Shown here piece by piece: positions 32,888-43,578 of a DNA stretch of 64,000 nucleotides (position 1 is its first letter; each line of letters opens with the position of its first letter). Under the pieces are notes generated by a model that ran no database searches, was not told the origin of the DNA, and saw only the letters and a list, made by a program, of their open reading frames with translations. This DNA is from a cyanobacterium endosymbiont of Rhopalodia gibba. Lineage in GTDB: Bacteria > Cyanobacteriota > Cyanobacteriia > Cyanobacteriales > Microcystaceae. The stretch is from the NCBI GenBank assembly GCA_045159875.1, contig CP067995.1, forward strand, positions 416,001-480,000. The letters are read 5' to 3'. The position numbers and the translations under genes are program-made.

Positions 32888-33667
32888 ATGACTAACAGCC
32901 CCCGCCAACCTTGTTTAGGAAAAGTGTACTTAGTCGGAGCGGGTCCTGGTGATCCCGGACTAATAACCCTTAAAGGAAAAGCCCTCCTTGAACAAGCTGA
33001 TGTTGTTGTTTATGATGCACTGGTTAGTCCTCCGATCCTGGCTATGATTAGCGATCACGCTGAGAAAATCCATGCGGGAAAACGGCGGGGTCGCCACTCA
33101 AAATTACAAGAAGAAACGACCCGTCTATTAATTGAAAAAGCCTATACCCATGCAGTTGTGGTGAGACTAAAAGGGGGTGATCCTTTTATTTTTGGTCGAG
33201 GAGGGGAAGAAATGGAAGATTTAATTCAAGGTGGGGTTCCTGTTGAGGTAGTTCCTGGAATTACCGCCGGGGTTGCTGCACCGGCTTATGGAGGAATGCC
33301 TGTGACTCATCGGAAGTATAGTTCTTCAGTCACCTTTGTCACTGGACATGAAGCGGTGGGAAAGTATCGTCCTCAAGTGAATTGGTCCGCTATTGCTCAA
33401 GGTTCAGAAACAATCGTAATCTATATGGGCATCCATAACTTGCCCCAGATTGTGGAGCGATTACAAGCAGGAGGTTTAGGTTCTGACACCCCAATTGCCT
33501 TGATTCGTTGGGGAACTCGACCCGAACAAACAGAATTAATCGGGACATTAGGAACCATTATCGAGCAGATTCAACAAACACAAATCGGAGCTCCAGCAAT
33601 CGCTCTCATTGGTCAAATTGTCAATCTTCATTCAGTTTTATCCCATTCTCGTCCTAGTTATTTATAG
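32888..33667 (+). CDS. cobA: Uroporphyrinogen-III C-methyltransferase
   Basis: VYLVGAGPGDPGLIT, VVRLKGGDPFIFGRGGEE, VVPGITAG motifs. Start set at ATG 32888. Confidence 0.95.
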   Translation: MTNSPRQPCLGKVYLVGAGPGDPGLITLKGKALLEQADVVVYDALVSPPILAMISDHAEKIHAGKRRGRHSKLQEETTRLLIEKAYTHAVVVRLKGGDPFIFGRGGEEMEDLIQGGVPVEVVPGITAGVAAPAYGGMPVTHRKYSSSVTFVTGHEAVGKYRPQVNWSAIAQGSETIVIYMGIHNLPQIVERLQAGGLGSDTPIALIRWGTRPEQTELIGTLGTIIEQIQQTQIGAPAIALIGQIVNLHSVLSHSRPSYL

Positions 33668-33787
33668 TAATCGTTAAGGATATCCAACTCTTTTCCCCGA
33701 TCTCAGTGGTTGGACATTTACGGAATTCTAGAAATAAATGGTACTATAATAGACTGCAACTACAACCTTCATAAATATTTCTGTGCG

Positions 33788-34057
33788 ATGAGTTTAACAG
33801 CTAGTGAAAAACAGGAGCTGATGAGCTCCTACCAGGTCCATGAGACTGATACAGGTTCTCCTGATTTACAAGTTGCTTTACTAACGAAGCGAATTAGTCA
33901 ATTAACTGGACATCTACAAAAAAATCCTAAGGATCATGCTTCCCGTCGAGGACTCCTAAAAATGATTGGTCGTCGTAGACGGTTGCTTGCCTACATTAAC
34001 AGCAAAGATACAAACCGTTATCAAGCTCTAATTAAAAACTTAGGAATCCGTCGCTAG
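33788..34057 (+). CDS. rpsO: 30S ribosomal protein S15
   Basis: HETDTGSPDLQVALLT...HLQKNPKDHASRRGLLKMIGRRRRLL. Confidence 0.97.
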   Translation: MSLTASEKQELMSSYQVHETDTGSPDLQVALLTKRISQLTGHLQKNPKDHASRRGLLKMIGRRRRLLAYINSKDTNRYQALIKNLGIRR

Positions 34058-34188
34058 ATTAAGCTCTCTTTATGACTTATCAAGCATCTTTTAGAAGACT
34101 AAAGGACAATAAGCATGTCTTTAAACTGTTTTAAAGACATGCTTCATGACTTCCCATTGAACGACTTTCTTTAGTTTCGAAAAGACCT

Positions 34189-34560
34189 ATGGCTTCTAAA
34201 TCTTCCCAAAATTCTCTACCCTTTGAATCTCGCCAAAAACAGAAGAAACTTTTTGAAACTCCCTCAACTCTGGGTTCAACTTCTTCGCCTAGATATCCCA
34301 CTAACTCTCCATGAAATCCTAAAAATGCCAGCTTCAAGGCAATTCTTGATAATGTCAGTTGACGGATGATGTGATGAACGGCTTTTTTTCTGAAATTCCT
34401 AAGACTGTAGGAATTTCCTCATTTTTAATTTTTTCTTGGCTTGTCAGTCATAATCGGCTCGATATTCCCGCCGCAGTAGTTGGCGCAGTTGGAATATAGT
34501 TGTATTTAAATTGATGCCAAATGGGGTGGGTTTTGTACGAGCTTTCAACAATAGCGAAAC
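34189..34560 (+). pseudogene. pam68: PAM68 (PSII assembly factor) pseudogene
   Basis: MASKSSQNSLPFESRQKQKK...AILDNVS*RMM**TAFF/EIPKTVGISSFLIFSWLVSHN.LDIP; matches the PAM68 pattern LPFEP...IP..VSRRMIRRMA.FSGIP; sits between rpsO and DAHP synthase. 3' end approximate. Confidence 0.82.
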
Positions 34561-34745
34561 CTTGAGGAATTGTGACACATCTATAATCTATAGTGTCGTA
34601 GTGATCACTGAGGTGATTAGGCTCCTTTTGCCTTTAGCACGAGAGCGTAAATGTACTTCGTGCAATGCGATAAATTATTTACTAAATTAACATTGATTAA
34701 AGCACCGAAAAGGAAATATTTACTGACACTTAGAGGAATAAAACC

Positions 34746-35807
34746 ATGATTATTGTTATGAAATCAGGTTCTCCAGAAGCTGAAATTGAACGCATTATTG
34801 AAGAGGTAAAACAGATCAACTTGACCCCCGAAAAAATTACAGGTACTCAACAAGTTGTGATTGGCTTGGTGGGAGAAACAGCTACTCTTGAACTTTCTCG
34901 CATTGAAGAATTGAGTCTTTGGATTCAACAGGTGTTACGAGTCGGTAAACCTTTCAAACGGGCGAGTCTCGAATTTCGCCATGGACATTATAGTGAAGTG
35001 TTGGTTAATACCCCTAATGAAATAGTACCCTTTGGTAAAAATCATCCTGTCGTAGTGGTTGCCGGTCCGTGTTCTGTAGAAAATGAAGAAATGATCATCG
35101 GAACTGCCATGCAAGTTAAGGACGCAGGAGCGAAGTTTTTGCGAGGAGGAGCTTATAAACCTCGTACTTCTCCTTATGCCTTTCAAGGTCATGGAGAAAA
35201 TGCCCTAGGATTATTGGCAGCTGCTCGAGAAGCTAGTGGACTCGGAATCATTACCGAAGTCATGGACACCGCCGATGTAGATAAGGTTGCCGAAGTCGCT
35301 GATATTGTGCAAGTTGGAGCTAGAAATATGCAGAACTTTGCTCTCCTGAAAAAAGTGGGCTCTCAGAATAAACCTGTGTTATTGAAGCGGGGAATGGCAG
35401 CTACTATCGATGATTGGTTAATGGCAGCTGAGTATGTATTAGCAGAAGGAAATAGTAATCTTATTCTTTGTGAACGAGGAATTCGTACTTTTGATCAGAA
35501 ATATACCCGTAATACTTTAGATTTCTCAGCCATTCCGGTGTTACGGTCTTTAACCCATTTGCCGATAATGATTGATCCAAGTCATGGAACTGGAAAATCA
35601 GATTATGTGCCATCTATGGCGGCTGCCGCGATCGCGGCAGGGACGGACTCTTTGATGATTGAAGTTCATCCTAACCCGGCTAAAGCTTTATCTGATGGTC
35701 CTCAATCTTTAACCCCAGAAAGATTTGACCGCTTGATGCAGGAGTTATCCCTAATGGGCAATACAGTGGGTCGTTGGAGTCAACCTAAAGTCGTTTTTGC
35801 CCAATAA
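34746..35807 (+). CDS. aroF: DAHP synthase (type I-beta; cyanobacterial CcmA-type)
   Basis: [51 protein letters not shown] motifs. Confidence 0.95.
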   Translation: MIIVMKSGSPEAEIERIIEEVKQINLTPEKITGTQQVVIGLVGETATLELSRIEELSLWIQQVLRVGKPFKRASLEFRHGHYSEVLVNTPNEIVPFGKNHPVVVVAGPCSVENEEMIIGTAMQVKDAGAKFLRGGAYKPRTSPYAFQGHGENALGLLAAAREASGLGIITEVMDTADVDKVAEVADIVQVGARNMQNFALLKKVGSQNKPVLLKRGMAATIDDWLMAAEYVLAEGNSNLILCERGIRTFDQKYTRNTLDFSAIPVLRSLTHLPIMIDPSHGTGKSDYVPSMAAAAIAAGTDSLMIEVHPNPAKALSDGPQSLTPERFDRLMQELSLMGNTVGRWSQPKVVFAQ

Positions 35808-35848
35808 CTCAAATAACTCACGGATTAATTATCCATTTCTATGAAGGC

Positions 35849-35882
35849 AAAGTAGGGGCTAACGACCATCAGCCCCTACTTT
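35849..35882. terminator. 12-bp-stem hairpin between convergent aroF and the KaiB-domain gene
   Basis: AAAGTAGGGGCT-10 nt-AGCCCCTACTTT. Confidence 0.65.
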
Positions 35883-35962
35883 ACCTTCAATTGAGAGTAT
35901 AGCGCTACTAAAAACCTCATCCACCTATACAGTAGGGGAGCTTATCTAAAAATAGTTAAGTA

Positions 35963-36721
35963 TTAAATATTTGAAATAAGTTGTAATATTCTAGAGGGCT
36001 CTTCTAACTCTCCAATAATGCGCCTTACTGGTTTAGGCCAAACACGAATAAGAGTTGGTGTGGCTGAGATATGATGAGTTTCGGCTTGGTCTGGGTGTTT
36101 AGAAATATCAATAACTTTAAGAGTGTAGGGATGTTCTAATTCCTTTTCAAGCAACCTATGAATAATTTCTAAGATTTGTTTTGTCGTGGTGCTATTTCCT
36201 GCTACAAAAAGACGCAAAATATATCCTTGATGAATTTTTGTATAATCTGTTTCATCTGATCCAGAAAAAACTAACTGATGTTGGAACTCTTGGTTGCGAT
36301 AATGGTCCCAAGACACAATTAAATCATGATTGTCCCACAGTTGAGGAAATTCGTCTCGATAGGTTTCTAAGATAATTGGATTACAAGCTTCCTCTTGCCA
36401 GGTTACTGTCTGCCAAGTTAGGTCAGTAATCCCAAATATGGAATTCAATAGGGGTTGATATCGTCTTAAGGGTGGATAAAGTTCAGCAACGGTTTTAACC
36501 TTGTCGTCCGTCTTAGAAAACCAACAATCAATGGTAGCTGTATAACCAGGAATTAAAAAATGAGGAGGTTCAGGTAAATGTAATAATTCCTGCAAAGCTA
36601 CACATAAATGAGAGTGCCATTTAACTTGCTTCGTGCGATCACGACAATAAACTAGATCTCCGCCGGGGGTGAAAAGAGCAATGCCTTTAAAAAATTCTAT
36701 TGGAACCACAGAAGTCATCAT
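35963..36721 (-). CDS. KaiB-family domain protein with an N-terminal extension
   Basis: C-terminal KaiB fold YILRLFVAG...YTLKVIDISKHPDQAETHHISATPTLIRVWPKPVRRIIGEL; N-terminal KGIALFTPGGDL. Start uncertain (TTG at 36766 possible). Confidence 0.85.
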   Translation of the reverse strand: MMTSVVPIEFFKGIALFTPGGDLVYCRDRTKQVKWHSHLCVALQELLHLPEPPHFLIPGYTATIDCWFSKTDDKVKTVAELYPPLRRYQPLLNSIFGITDLTWQTVTWQEEACNPIILETYRDEFPQLWDNHDLIVSWDHYRNQEFQHQLVFSGSDETDYTKIHQGYILRLFVAGNSTTTKQILEIIHRLLEKELEHPYTLKVIDISKHPDQAETHHISATPTLIRVWPKPVRRIIGELEEPSRILQLISNI

Positions 36722-36859
36722 AGATTTATAAGTTCCTGGTTCAAAATTGTTAAGTTTTGACAACAAAGCAATGATGAAGATATTAGTATATTAATAATTC
36801 TATTCTATACGAATAGATGATTTTTTATCTTCATTATTGCTTTGTTGAGTAGGTATTGC

Positions 36860-37265
36860 TCAACATTTTAACGCATAACATTATGACTATTTAATTAGGA
36901 ATGGAGGCGTCCTCTAAGGCTATATCTTCAGTGATTCACCTTTCTTGATAGAAATGAAACAAAAACTAACTACTGGTAGCCATGCCACTAGTCATGTTGC
37001 CATGTCATTCATCCTTCATTAATTCCGTAATTTTGTTATATTTCCCTTGAATGATATTATAGTCTTTGATGGTTTCTGTATTGAGCAAAATATCATGGTA
37101 AACGGCTGGTTTTCTCTCGATTATTCGATATAATTTTTTATAAAAATAGCCCCTAAAGACTCCGCCATCGCTATCCCTATAGCTTTGCGTTCTTCAGCTG
37201 TATATAGAAGAATTAATCCTAGGGTTTTCACTACAGTGTTGTTATAAAGTATTCCCATCATTACG
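36860..37265 (-). pseudogene. pilT: Type IV pilus retraction ATPase PilT, C-terminal relic
   Basis: Fragments VKTL.LI.LYTAEERKAIGIAMAESL, YHDILLNTETIKDY, GKYNKITELMKD, LFHFYQER*ITEDIALE; the Walker-box N-terminus is not recognisable. Confidence 0.75.
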
Positions 37266-38059
37266 TAATATTAAATTCAGCCAGTTACAAAAAACAACTT
37301 AATAATAAATTAGACTTTGTATCTTAGTTAATTTTAAATTAAAAATAGATGTCCAAAAAATTTAGATATTTTAGAATATGGATATGATAGTGCAGAAAAA
37401 AATAGGTTAAAATACAAAAAATAAAATTATAAGCAAAGAGAAGAAATAATAGTTATTAACTGGCAAACTATTTACGAGATTAGTCATAAAGATTATAAAT
37501 ATGAGAAAATAAACCTTGAGTTTATGAGTATTTTACAACAAGCAATAAAAGGAAAAAATTTTTACTAAATAGTTAATGATATATTCAGTTAGATAAAAAC
37601 ATATAGATGATATAACCAATAAATAATAAATAAATTAAATTTTTTGTATCTTTTTGAGAAGGATATAGCTATCAGATTGAGGATAAAATTAACACTGCTA
37701 TATCTAAGTATTCGGAGATAAATAGAGATTACTCTAATAATAGTTATTATGTCTTTATTAGTTAGTGTAAATCTGACACAAGTTTTAGCCGAGTTAAATA
37801 AAATTTATAGTTTTATATTTAGTTTGTAGTTAATCAACTTTCTAAGTTATCTGATTCTTGTCAAAAAATATCCCTACTGCTAAATAATTGCGTTCTAAGC
37901 ACGATTCAAAGACTGCTATAACTACCATCGCTAATTTGTATTCATCCTACTTCATTTTTTACCATTCGTTCTTAATTATGGGAAATAAAAATTATCTTTT
38001 TATTTTTGAAAATTTTACAAGCTAGTCTATGATTAAAACTATTTTTCTATTTTTAGATT

Positions 38060-38395
38060 TTCAATAACTCGCATCTATTAAACTTGTTTCATTTAGATAT
38101 TCTCAACGGATTTCTCCTACAGCTTCGTGGAGTGTCCCATCATCCTATGATGAATTATTGTGCGCACTGTTGAGGAAGCTCATTATAGATGAATGGTAAT
38201 TTTCTTCACCCCATTGTTGATAAGTCCAATCGCACTCGCTCTATCTTTTCTTCTTTGAAGAACTTTTTGAGTTTTACTCAACTCAAATCCTTTGCTGCTA
38301 CAACTTCAAGAACACCCTTAAACGAATAGATGGCATTAGTTAATCAGAGTCCTTATTGCTAACTCCGTTTAACATACTTTGGGGTCTGTTCATAG
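38060..38395 (-). pseudogene. Unidentified degraded ORF
   Basis: GC-richer island with coding-like fragments (MNRPQSML..., DWTYQQWGEENYHSSIMSFL, TLHEAVGEIR*EYLNETSL). Confidence 0.35.
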
Positions 38396-38809
38396 CAATC
38401 ATTTTTAAACCTGTAACAGGCACTCTACTTACTTAGGTATCTTCTTAGTTTCTTAGAAAGAAACTAGCTTGCATTAAGAAATGTAAATACTCTATGATTT
38501 TTTAAAACTTTTCTTTCAGGGAACTCTTGAGTGAGTTAATCCTCTATATGAAAGATGAAAGAGCGATCACTTGAAGTGCAGATCAACTTCCATACTAAAT
38601 CCTGTCTGAATTCAAAGGTCGCAATTAATTGTATATTTTGAAACTTCAAGATTGCTTTTTTGCAATAAATCTCAATACCTACCACATAAAATCACCTAAG
38701 AATGTAAATTTTCTTTTCAAGATGCTCATCTTTCCTCCAATTTATCTATACTAAATCTCAAGCACTATATTTCAAATAGTTTTACTAATTTGCTCTGGAG
38801 GAAAGTTTT

Positions 38810-39184
38810 ATGGAAATTACACAAAAGTCAAATTTTGGAAGAAATTATTCGTTAACTTTTGTTAAAAGTTTTTTGATATGGAGTTTCACTCTAACAGTTT
38901 GTTTGTTGGTGGTAGGATTTCCTTTGATTGTCTTAATGGCAACTGTGGGAGCATTAGGGTCGGTAATTTTGCAGTCTGTGTTACCTGTTAGTGCAGTTTT
39001 ACTCGTAGCTGGTTCTCTGATTGGAGCTAACCTATTAGCTATTCTTTTAGCCGCAGCTATGTTGACATTGAAGGGGGTTCATCCTCAAGAAGTCAGTTGG
39101 CTCAGATGGCTGCATGGCGAAGCCAAGCCGTCCCATAGTTCAGTTTATGCTTCTTGTCCTTTAACCTGTAATGTCGCTCACTAA
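38810..39184 (+). CDS. Small hypothetical membrane protein
   Basis: RBS GGAGGA; long hydrophobic stretch; C-terminal HPQEVSWLRWL...YASCPLTC. Confidence 0.8.
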   Translation: MEITQKSNFGRNYSLTFVKSFLIWSFTLTVCLLVVGFPLIVLMATVGALGSVILQSVLPVSAVLLVAGSLIGANLLAILLAAAMLTLKGVHPQEVSWLRWLHGEAKPSHSSVYASCPLTCNVAH

Positions 39185-39222
39185 AGATTAAAATCCTATC
39201 AGATAGTCTTAGATAGTGATTA

Positions 39223-39257
39223 GCTTAACTGACGTATAATAAATACGTCAGTTAAGC
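39223..39257. terminator. 15-bp-stem hairpin between convergent genes
   Basis: GCTTAACTGACGTAT-AATAA-ATACGTCAGTTAAGC. Confidence 0.65.
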
Positions 39258-39302
39258 CCGGCAGATGACAGTTTTTCTGTGTCTTCTTCAAGATTTATTA
39301 GC

Positions 39303-40121
39303 CTAACTACCATTACCTCTAGATAGTATGTCCCTATAACCTAAAGAGATACTCTTGGGGGGTAGGTTGATATGTGTTTTAGCTCCTGGAGATTGTAAAC
39401 GCACCTGCAATTCTCCTTGGGATGTTACACTAACGATTGTTCCCTTGATACCTTCAACTTCTACAGAATGCCCTAAGCTATCAAGCAATTTAAGATAGTT
39501 GTTCAACAGGTGAGCGCAGCCTTGCTCGAGATAGCATTGATAACCATTAAAGATTCCGGTAAGAGTAATAGCCGCAAGTTTTTCTAAACTGGAAATAGAA
39601 CAAAATTTTTGAGTTCTACCCCAAGATTGTAAAGTAATCCCCGTTGGGGGGACAGTGTTAGACCAATTGATTCCTACTCCGATCACTGAATGGGTAATAT
39701 ACCCATTGCGGACACGAATTTCGGTTTTGATCCCCCCCAATTTTCGACCTTCGAGAATGAGATCATTAGGCCACTTTAATTTAACGGAAATCTGATGTTT
39801 CTGTAAAAGGTCAGCAATACCCCAGGCACTCAATAGGGTTAGATGGAAAGCATCCTTAACCAAAATTTGGGGAGTAATAGCAACAGACAGATAGAGTCCC
39901 CCAGGGGAAGATTGCCAAGTGCGTCCCCATTGTCCCCGTCCTGCCGTTTGCTCAGAGGCGATCGCCACAACTGGCAGATTGTCTTCCAGATCTAGAAATT
40001 CCCAGAGAATTTCATTGGTAGAAGGAATTTTTTTGAAACAATAGAGATTCTGAAGTAAAAAATGAGAAGTACTTGATAGTTGGATGAGTTCTTTGTGTAG
40101 TTTATCTTTACTAATAGGCAT
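39303..40121 (-). CDS. birA: Biotin-[acetyl-CoA carboxylase] ligase
   Basis: PSTN, EQTAGRGQWGRTWQS, LKWPNDL...KLGGI, IGVGIN motifs. Start set at MPISKD (40121) to avoid overlap with pgeF. Confidence 0.92.
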   Translation of the reverse strand: MPISKDKLHKELIQLSSTSHFLLQNLYCFKKIPSTNEILWEFLDLEDNLPVVAIASEQTAGRGQWGRTWQSSPGGLYLSVAITPQILVKDAFHLTLLSAWGIADLLQKHQISVKLKWPNDLILEGRKLGGIKTEIRVRNGYITHSVIGVGINWSNTVPPTGITLQSWGRTQKFCSISSLEKLAAITLTGIFNGYQCYLEQGCAHLLNNYLKLLDSLGHSVEVEGIKGTIVSVTSQGELQVRLQSPGAKTHINLPPKSISLGYRDILSRGNGS

Positions 40122-40204
40122 GAAAATGTCCAGTCCCAATATAACAGTTCTAACTTCTGTCATTTGATAAAATTGACTTAAGATCAAAAATTGAGGTAAT
40201 AGCT

Positions 40205-41038
40205 GTGGTTTCTTCCTTAAATCGTCAAACCCAAACTCCCATTTGGCAATGGCAACAATGGGATGGACTCCCCTATTTGACTTGTACCTTGCTCCAAAAT
40301 TGGAAACATGGATTTTTGACCCAACAGTTTTTCCCCCGTCTTCCTGAAGATTTAACAAAAGTTTTACACCCAAAAGCAACAACCTATCGGGTTAAGCAGG
40401 TTCATGGCCGTCGGGTGTTAACTCCAACAGAAGTTGAGACACAAATAACAACAGAGACTCTAGAAGATACCTTTCCTCCTGCTGACGGATTAATCACTGA
40501 TGATAGAAATCAAGCTATTTGGGTGGCTAGTGCTGATTGTACCCCCGTGTTAGTCGGAGATATTAAGACTCACCGAGTAGCCGCTATTCATGCAGGATGG
40601 CGAGGTACTGCACAGCGCATTGTTCCTGAAGCTATTGCCTGTTTTCAACATTTTGGGAGTGCCTTAGATAATCTCCGCATTGCCATGGGTCCAGCCATCT
40701 CAGGAGAAGTCTATCAAGTCTCAGAAGAGGTAGCAGCTGAAGTAGGGTCAAGTCTATTCAAAAAAGAAGAGACAAGCAGTCCCCAGGAAATTCTAGAAGC
40801 TTTACGCACTATGTTTGACTCTCCAATTTTACCTGATCCAAAACCTGGACGGGTACGACTGGATGTACGACGGGTTAACGAGTTGCAGTTATACAAATTA
40901 GGGATTAAGACAGACCAAATAGCGATAGCTCCTCATTGTACTTATCAAGAACCCGATGATTTCTTTTCCTACCGACGGACTAAACAAAAGAAAGTCCAAT
41001 GGTCGGGAATTGTCTGTGGGGACTACCTGAAACAATAA
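40205..41038 (+). CDS. pgeF: Peptidoglycan editing factor PgeF / YfiH
   Basis: KQVHG, ADGL, ADCTPVL, AAIHAGWRGT, MGPAI, CTY..FFSYRR motifs. Confidence 0.93.
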   Translation: MVSSLNRQTQTPIWQWQQWDGLPYLTCTLLQNWKHGFLTQQFFPRLPEDLTKVLHPKATTYRVKQVHGRRVLTPTEVETQITTETLEDTFPPADGLITDDRNQAIWVASADCTPVLVGDIKTHRVAAIHAGWRGTAQRIVPEAIACFQHFGSALDNLRIAMGPAISGEVYQVSEEVAAEVGSSLFKKEETSSPQEILEALRTMFDSPILPDPKPGRVRLDVRRVNELQLYKLGIKTDQIAIAPHCTYQEPDDFFSYRRTKQKKVQWSGIVCGDYLKQ

Positions 41039-41096
41039 AATTGCGAAGACTTTCTAGTATGACTTTGTTCTCAAAGGCAAGTGAAAATATAGTCAC

Positions 41097-41993
41097 TTAA
41101 ACCCCTGTACGACCTAGCTCTAACCCAGTAACCAACATTCCTAAAACCAGAAATGGTTGTGCGCTAGATTGATATTTGACATCTTTTGGCGAAGGATATA
41201 TCAGAAAATACACATTTTGGAAGGTAATTTGAGGAGTTATCAACGATAATAACATAGCCGCATTGATACTAAACATAAGTGTGAAGAGACTTTAGCCCTA
41301 GCTAACGATTACCCTCGACACTCTTAAAATCATTAACGACCGCAATGCCCAAACCGGCAAAACTAGACAACACGCTTAGCACCACAATTGTCCAATTTCA
41401 CTCTCTAAATAAAGCATGACCAGCCCACCAAGGTAAAGCAATGTAACTTGCGCCAAGGGCATAATTCCCTAACCAGCCATTTTATTTCAACTTAAAGAGA
41501 GGGGCTGAGTAGATATAAGCTACAAGTGCGCTTTCTAGGGTCAAAAAAACATTATTGGGAACTCATCACCTGCCCAGATATCTAAATCGTATCCTAGGGG
41601 TAGTCCTACCCCTAATAGCATTAGGATTTTAGTTGAGTGACCACTTGAGGAACAAAAGTTGCTCCTGACGGAATGGGACGATAGGGTTCATTGATAACAT
41701 CGATTTCGCAGTCATAAAAATCATTGGTAGTTTGAGTGTAGCCAGCCATCAATGGTCCTGAAAGCAACATGCAAGCGGCTATTTTAAGAACATTTTCGAA
41801 CGTCCAGACATATCCTCTTGATGAAGCTGTCCCACAGATTATGCCCCAAACCAGGGAATCCCGGTGATGGGTTTCATCAATTGCAGTCGTAATTTTCAAG
41901 TCGATGTTTCCCCCGGAGCTGCCCCTTCATCCCTAATAGTTGACTGGTGTTCTTTCTCCCATCTTCAGTCTTAGATATAGAAAATTCAGACAT
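41097..41993 (-). pseudogene. chlG: Chlorophyll synthase ChlG pseudogene
   Basis: QLLGMKG/APGETST*KLRLQLMKPIT/VWGIICG...MLLSGPLMAGYTQT.NDFYD.EID.INEPYRPIPSGA, YIYSAP, LGASYIALPWWAGHAL, YQSSAQPFLVLGMLVTG; multiple frameshifts, stops and a deletion. Confidence 0.95.
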
Positions 41994-42079
41994 AAGCAAT
42001 TATGAATCAATACAATGGCACTTAATGATGAATTCCTAACAAACTGAATTAAGGACGTATTCCAGATACGCCCATGGAA

Positions 42080-43177
42080 TTAGAAAGAAATAATCAAATA
42101 GTGATTTTGAAATTTTGCACTTCTAACAGGTTGTCTGCGTAAAGGTACAGGCAGGTCAATATTTCGTCGTTGATCTCCTGCTTCAATAGTAATTTCTGGA
42201 CCATATTGAGTCAGTTTAACTTCATTTTTATTGAATCCTGGCAAAAACACCCGAACTTCTCTAGAAACCGCATCGACCGTAATAGGTTGGGGGGGCATAG
42301 AATTAGCGAGGAAATCTGGTAAAGCATCCTGTAGGGATTGCAAATCTGTTCCCGTCGGTCGGGAAATAGCTGTCACGGGTAAAGGAGAAAATTCTTGGGA
42401 CAGAGAATCACTAAGTTGACCTTGATTAACCAAAACCCCTTTAACCATTAACCCCACCTGTTGAGAACAACCCCAATAATATTTCATCTCAGCAATCGCC
42501 AATTCGTCATCAGTGGTCACTAAATAGGTTGCTATACGGTTAGGATCAGCCAAAGCATTTTTCCATTTTTTTAAAATATCATTGGCGCGATTAGTAGGTT
42601 CTTTAGTAAAATCATCAGCCGTCCAAGAGACATTTAACATAGCACTAATGATGGGTTGAATAAAAGGGGAAAGTGTTTTGCCCACATCTGATTCTTTCAA
42701 TACTTGATCAAATCGCCGCAGATACCAACTGAGGATTTCTGGAATTCCAAACATCCGTAGGGTACTTAGAGGGCTGTCACCGTCGTAGATAATAACATCG
42801 TACTTGCCGCTTTGGTAATATTCCCATAAGGCATTGAGGGAAAAGGCTCTATCCATTCCTGGTAAAATACCCAATTCTTGACCATAGACATTTTTCAGAG
42901 TCGGCGACCGCAAATATTGGGATTCTAATTCTTTAACTTTTTCCCATCCTTTCTCTAACAGAAAAGTTGAGGATAACTTAACTGCCATCAAATTAGGCGA
43001 CACTTCTGTTGGGGAAATATTCACAGGAGTTTCAAGTAAAGTGCTCAAAGTAGGTCCAGGGTTTTGTCCCACCAAGAGAACTCGTGACCCTAAATTGGAT
43101 AGTTTTTGGGCAGTTGCGATCGACACTGAACTTTGATGACTATCGCCCTTACCTAGAAAAGTCAAAATCAAAGTCAT
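42080..43177 (-). CDS. ArsA/Get3-like ATPase with C-terminal HSP20-like domain
   Basis: ILTFLGKG, VYGQELGILPGMD, YDVIIYDG, VKLTQYGPEITIEAGDQRRNI motifs. Confidence 0.88.
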   Translation of the reverse strand: MTLILTFLGKGDSHQSSVSIATAQKLSNLGSRVLLVGQNPGPTLSTLLETPVNISPTEVSPNLMAVKLSSTFLLEKGWEKVKELESQYLRSPTLKNVYGQELGILPGMDRAFSLNALWEYYQSGKYDVIIYDGDSPLSTLRMFGIPEILSWYLRRFDQVLKESDVGKTLSPFIQPIISAMLNVSWTADDFTKEPTNRANDILKKWKNALADPNRIATYLVTTDDELAIAEMKYYWGCSQQVGLMVKGVLVNQGQLSDSLSQEFSPLPVTAISRPTGTDLQSLQDALPDFLANSMPPQPITVDAVSREVRVFLPGFNKNEVKLTQYGPEITIEAGDQRRNIDLPVPLRRQPVRSAKFQNHYLIISF

Positions 43178-43203
43178 GGGAATTCCTGATTAATCTTCTT
43201 TCC

Positions 43204-43404
43204 TTATTTAACCGGTTTTAGTTCATCTTCAAAGAACCAAACCGCAGTTTTATCGGCAAACTGAACAATTGCCCCAATGCCACTACCATCAGTCATTTTA
43301 AAGTCCTTAACAGTTCCTTGTTGACCTAGTTTATTAAAGATATCTTTGGATACTCGATCCCGAAGACGGTAAATTTGAACTTTCTGCCCGATTTCCATGT
43401 TCAC
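43204..43404 (-). CDS. petP: Cytochrome b6f subunit PetP (DUF2862)
   Basis: MEIGQKV..RLRDRV...FKMTDGSGIG..VQF.D....WFFEDEL. Confidence 0.85.
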   Translation of the reverse strand: MNMEIGQKVQIYRLRDRVSKDIFNKLGQQGTVKDFKMTDGSGIGAIVQFADKTAVWFFEDELKPVK

Positions 43405-43578
43405 TTAATATTTTAATCAAAGTAATGAAACATTCCTTAGTGTAGCCGAATACGGACCTATGTTCATCCTAAAAAATCAGTTAAAATCTAGACGTCTACT
43501 AACAGACGACTCGACAAAGGTGCCTGACATTGAATACAATACCCCTTTAAATCATGATTCATCATTTCGATTCCCATT

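Noticed and set aside
34131..34337. 68-aa minus-strand ORF
   Set aside because: Antisense to the pam68 pseudogene.
40122..40382. N-terminal extension of BirA
   Set aside because: Antisense overlap with pgeF and no HTH similarity.
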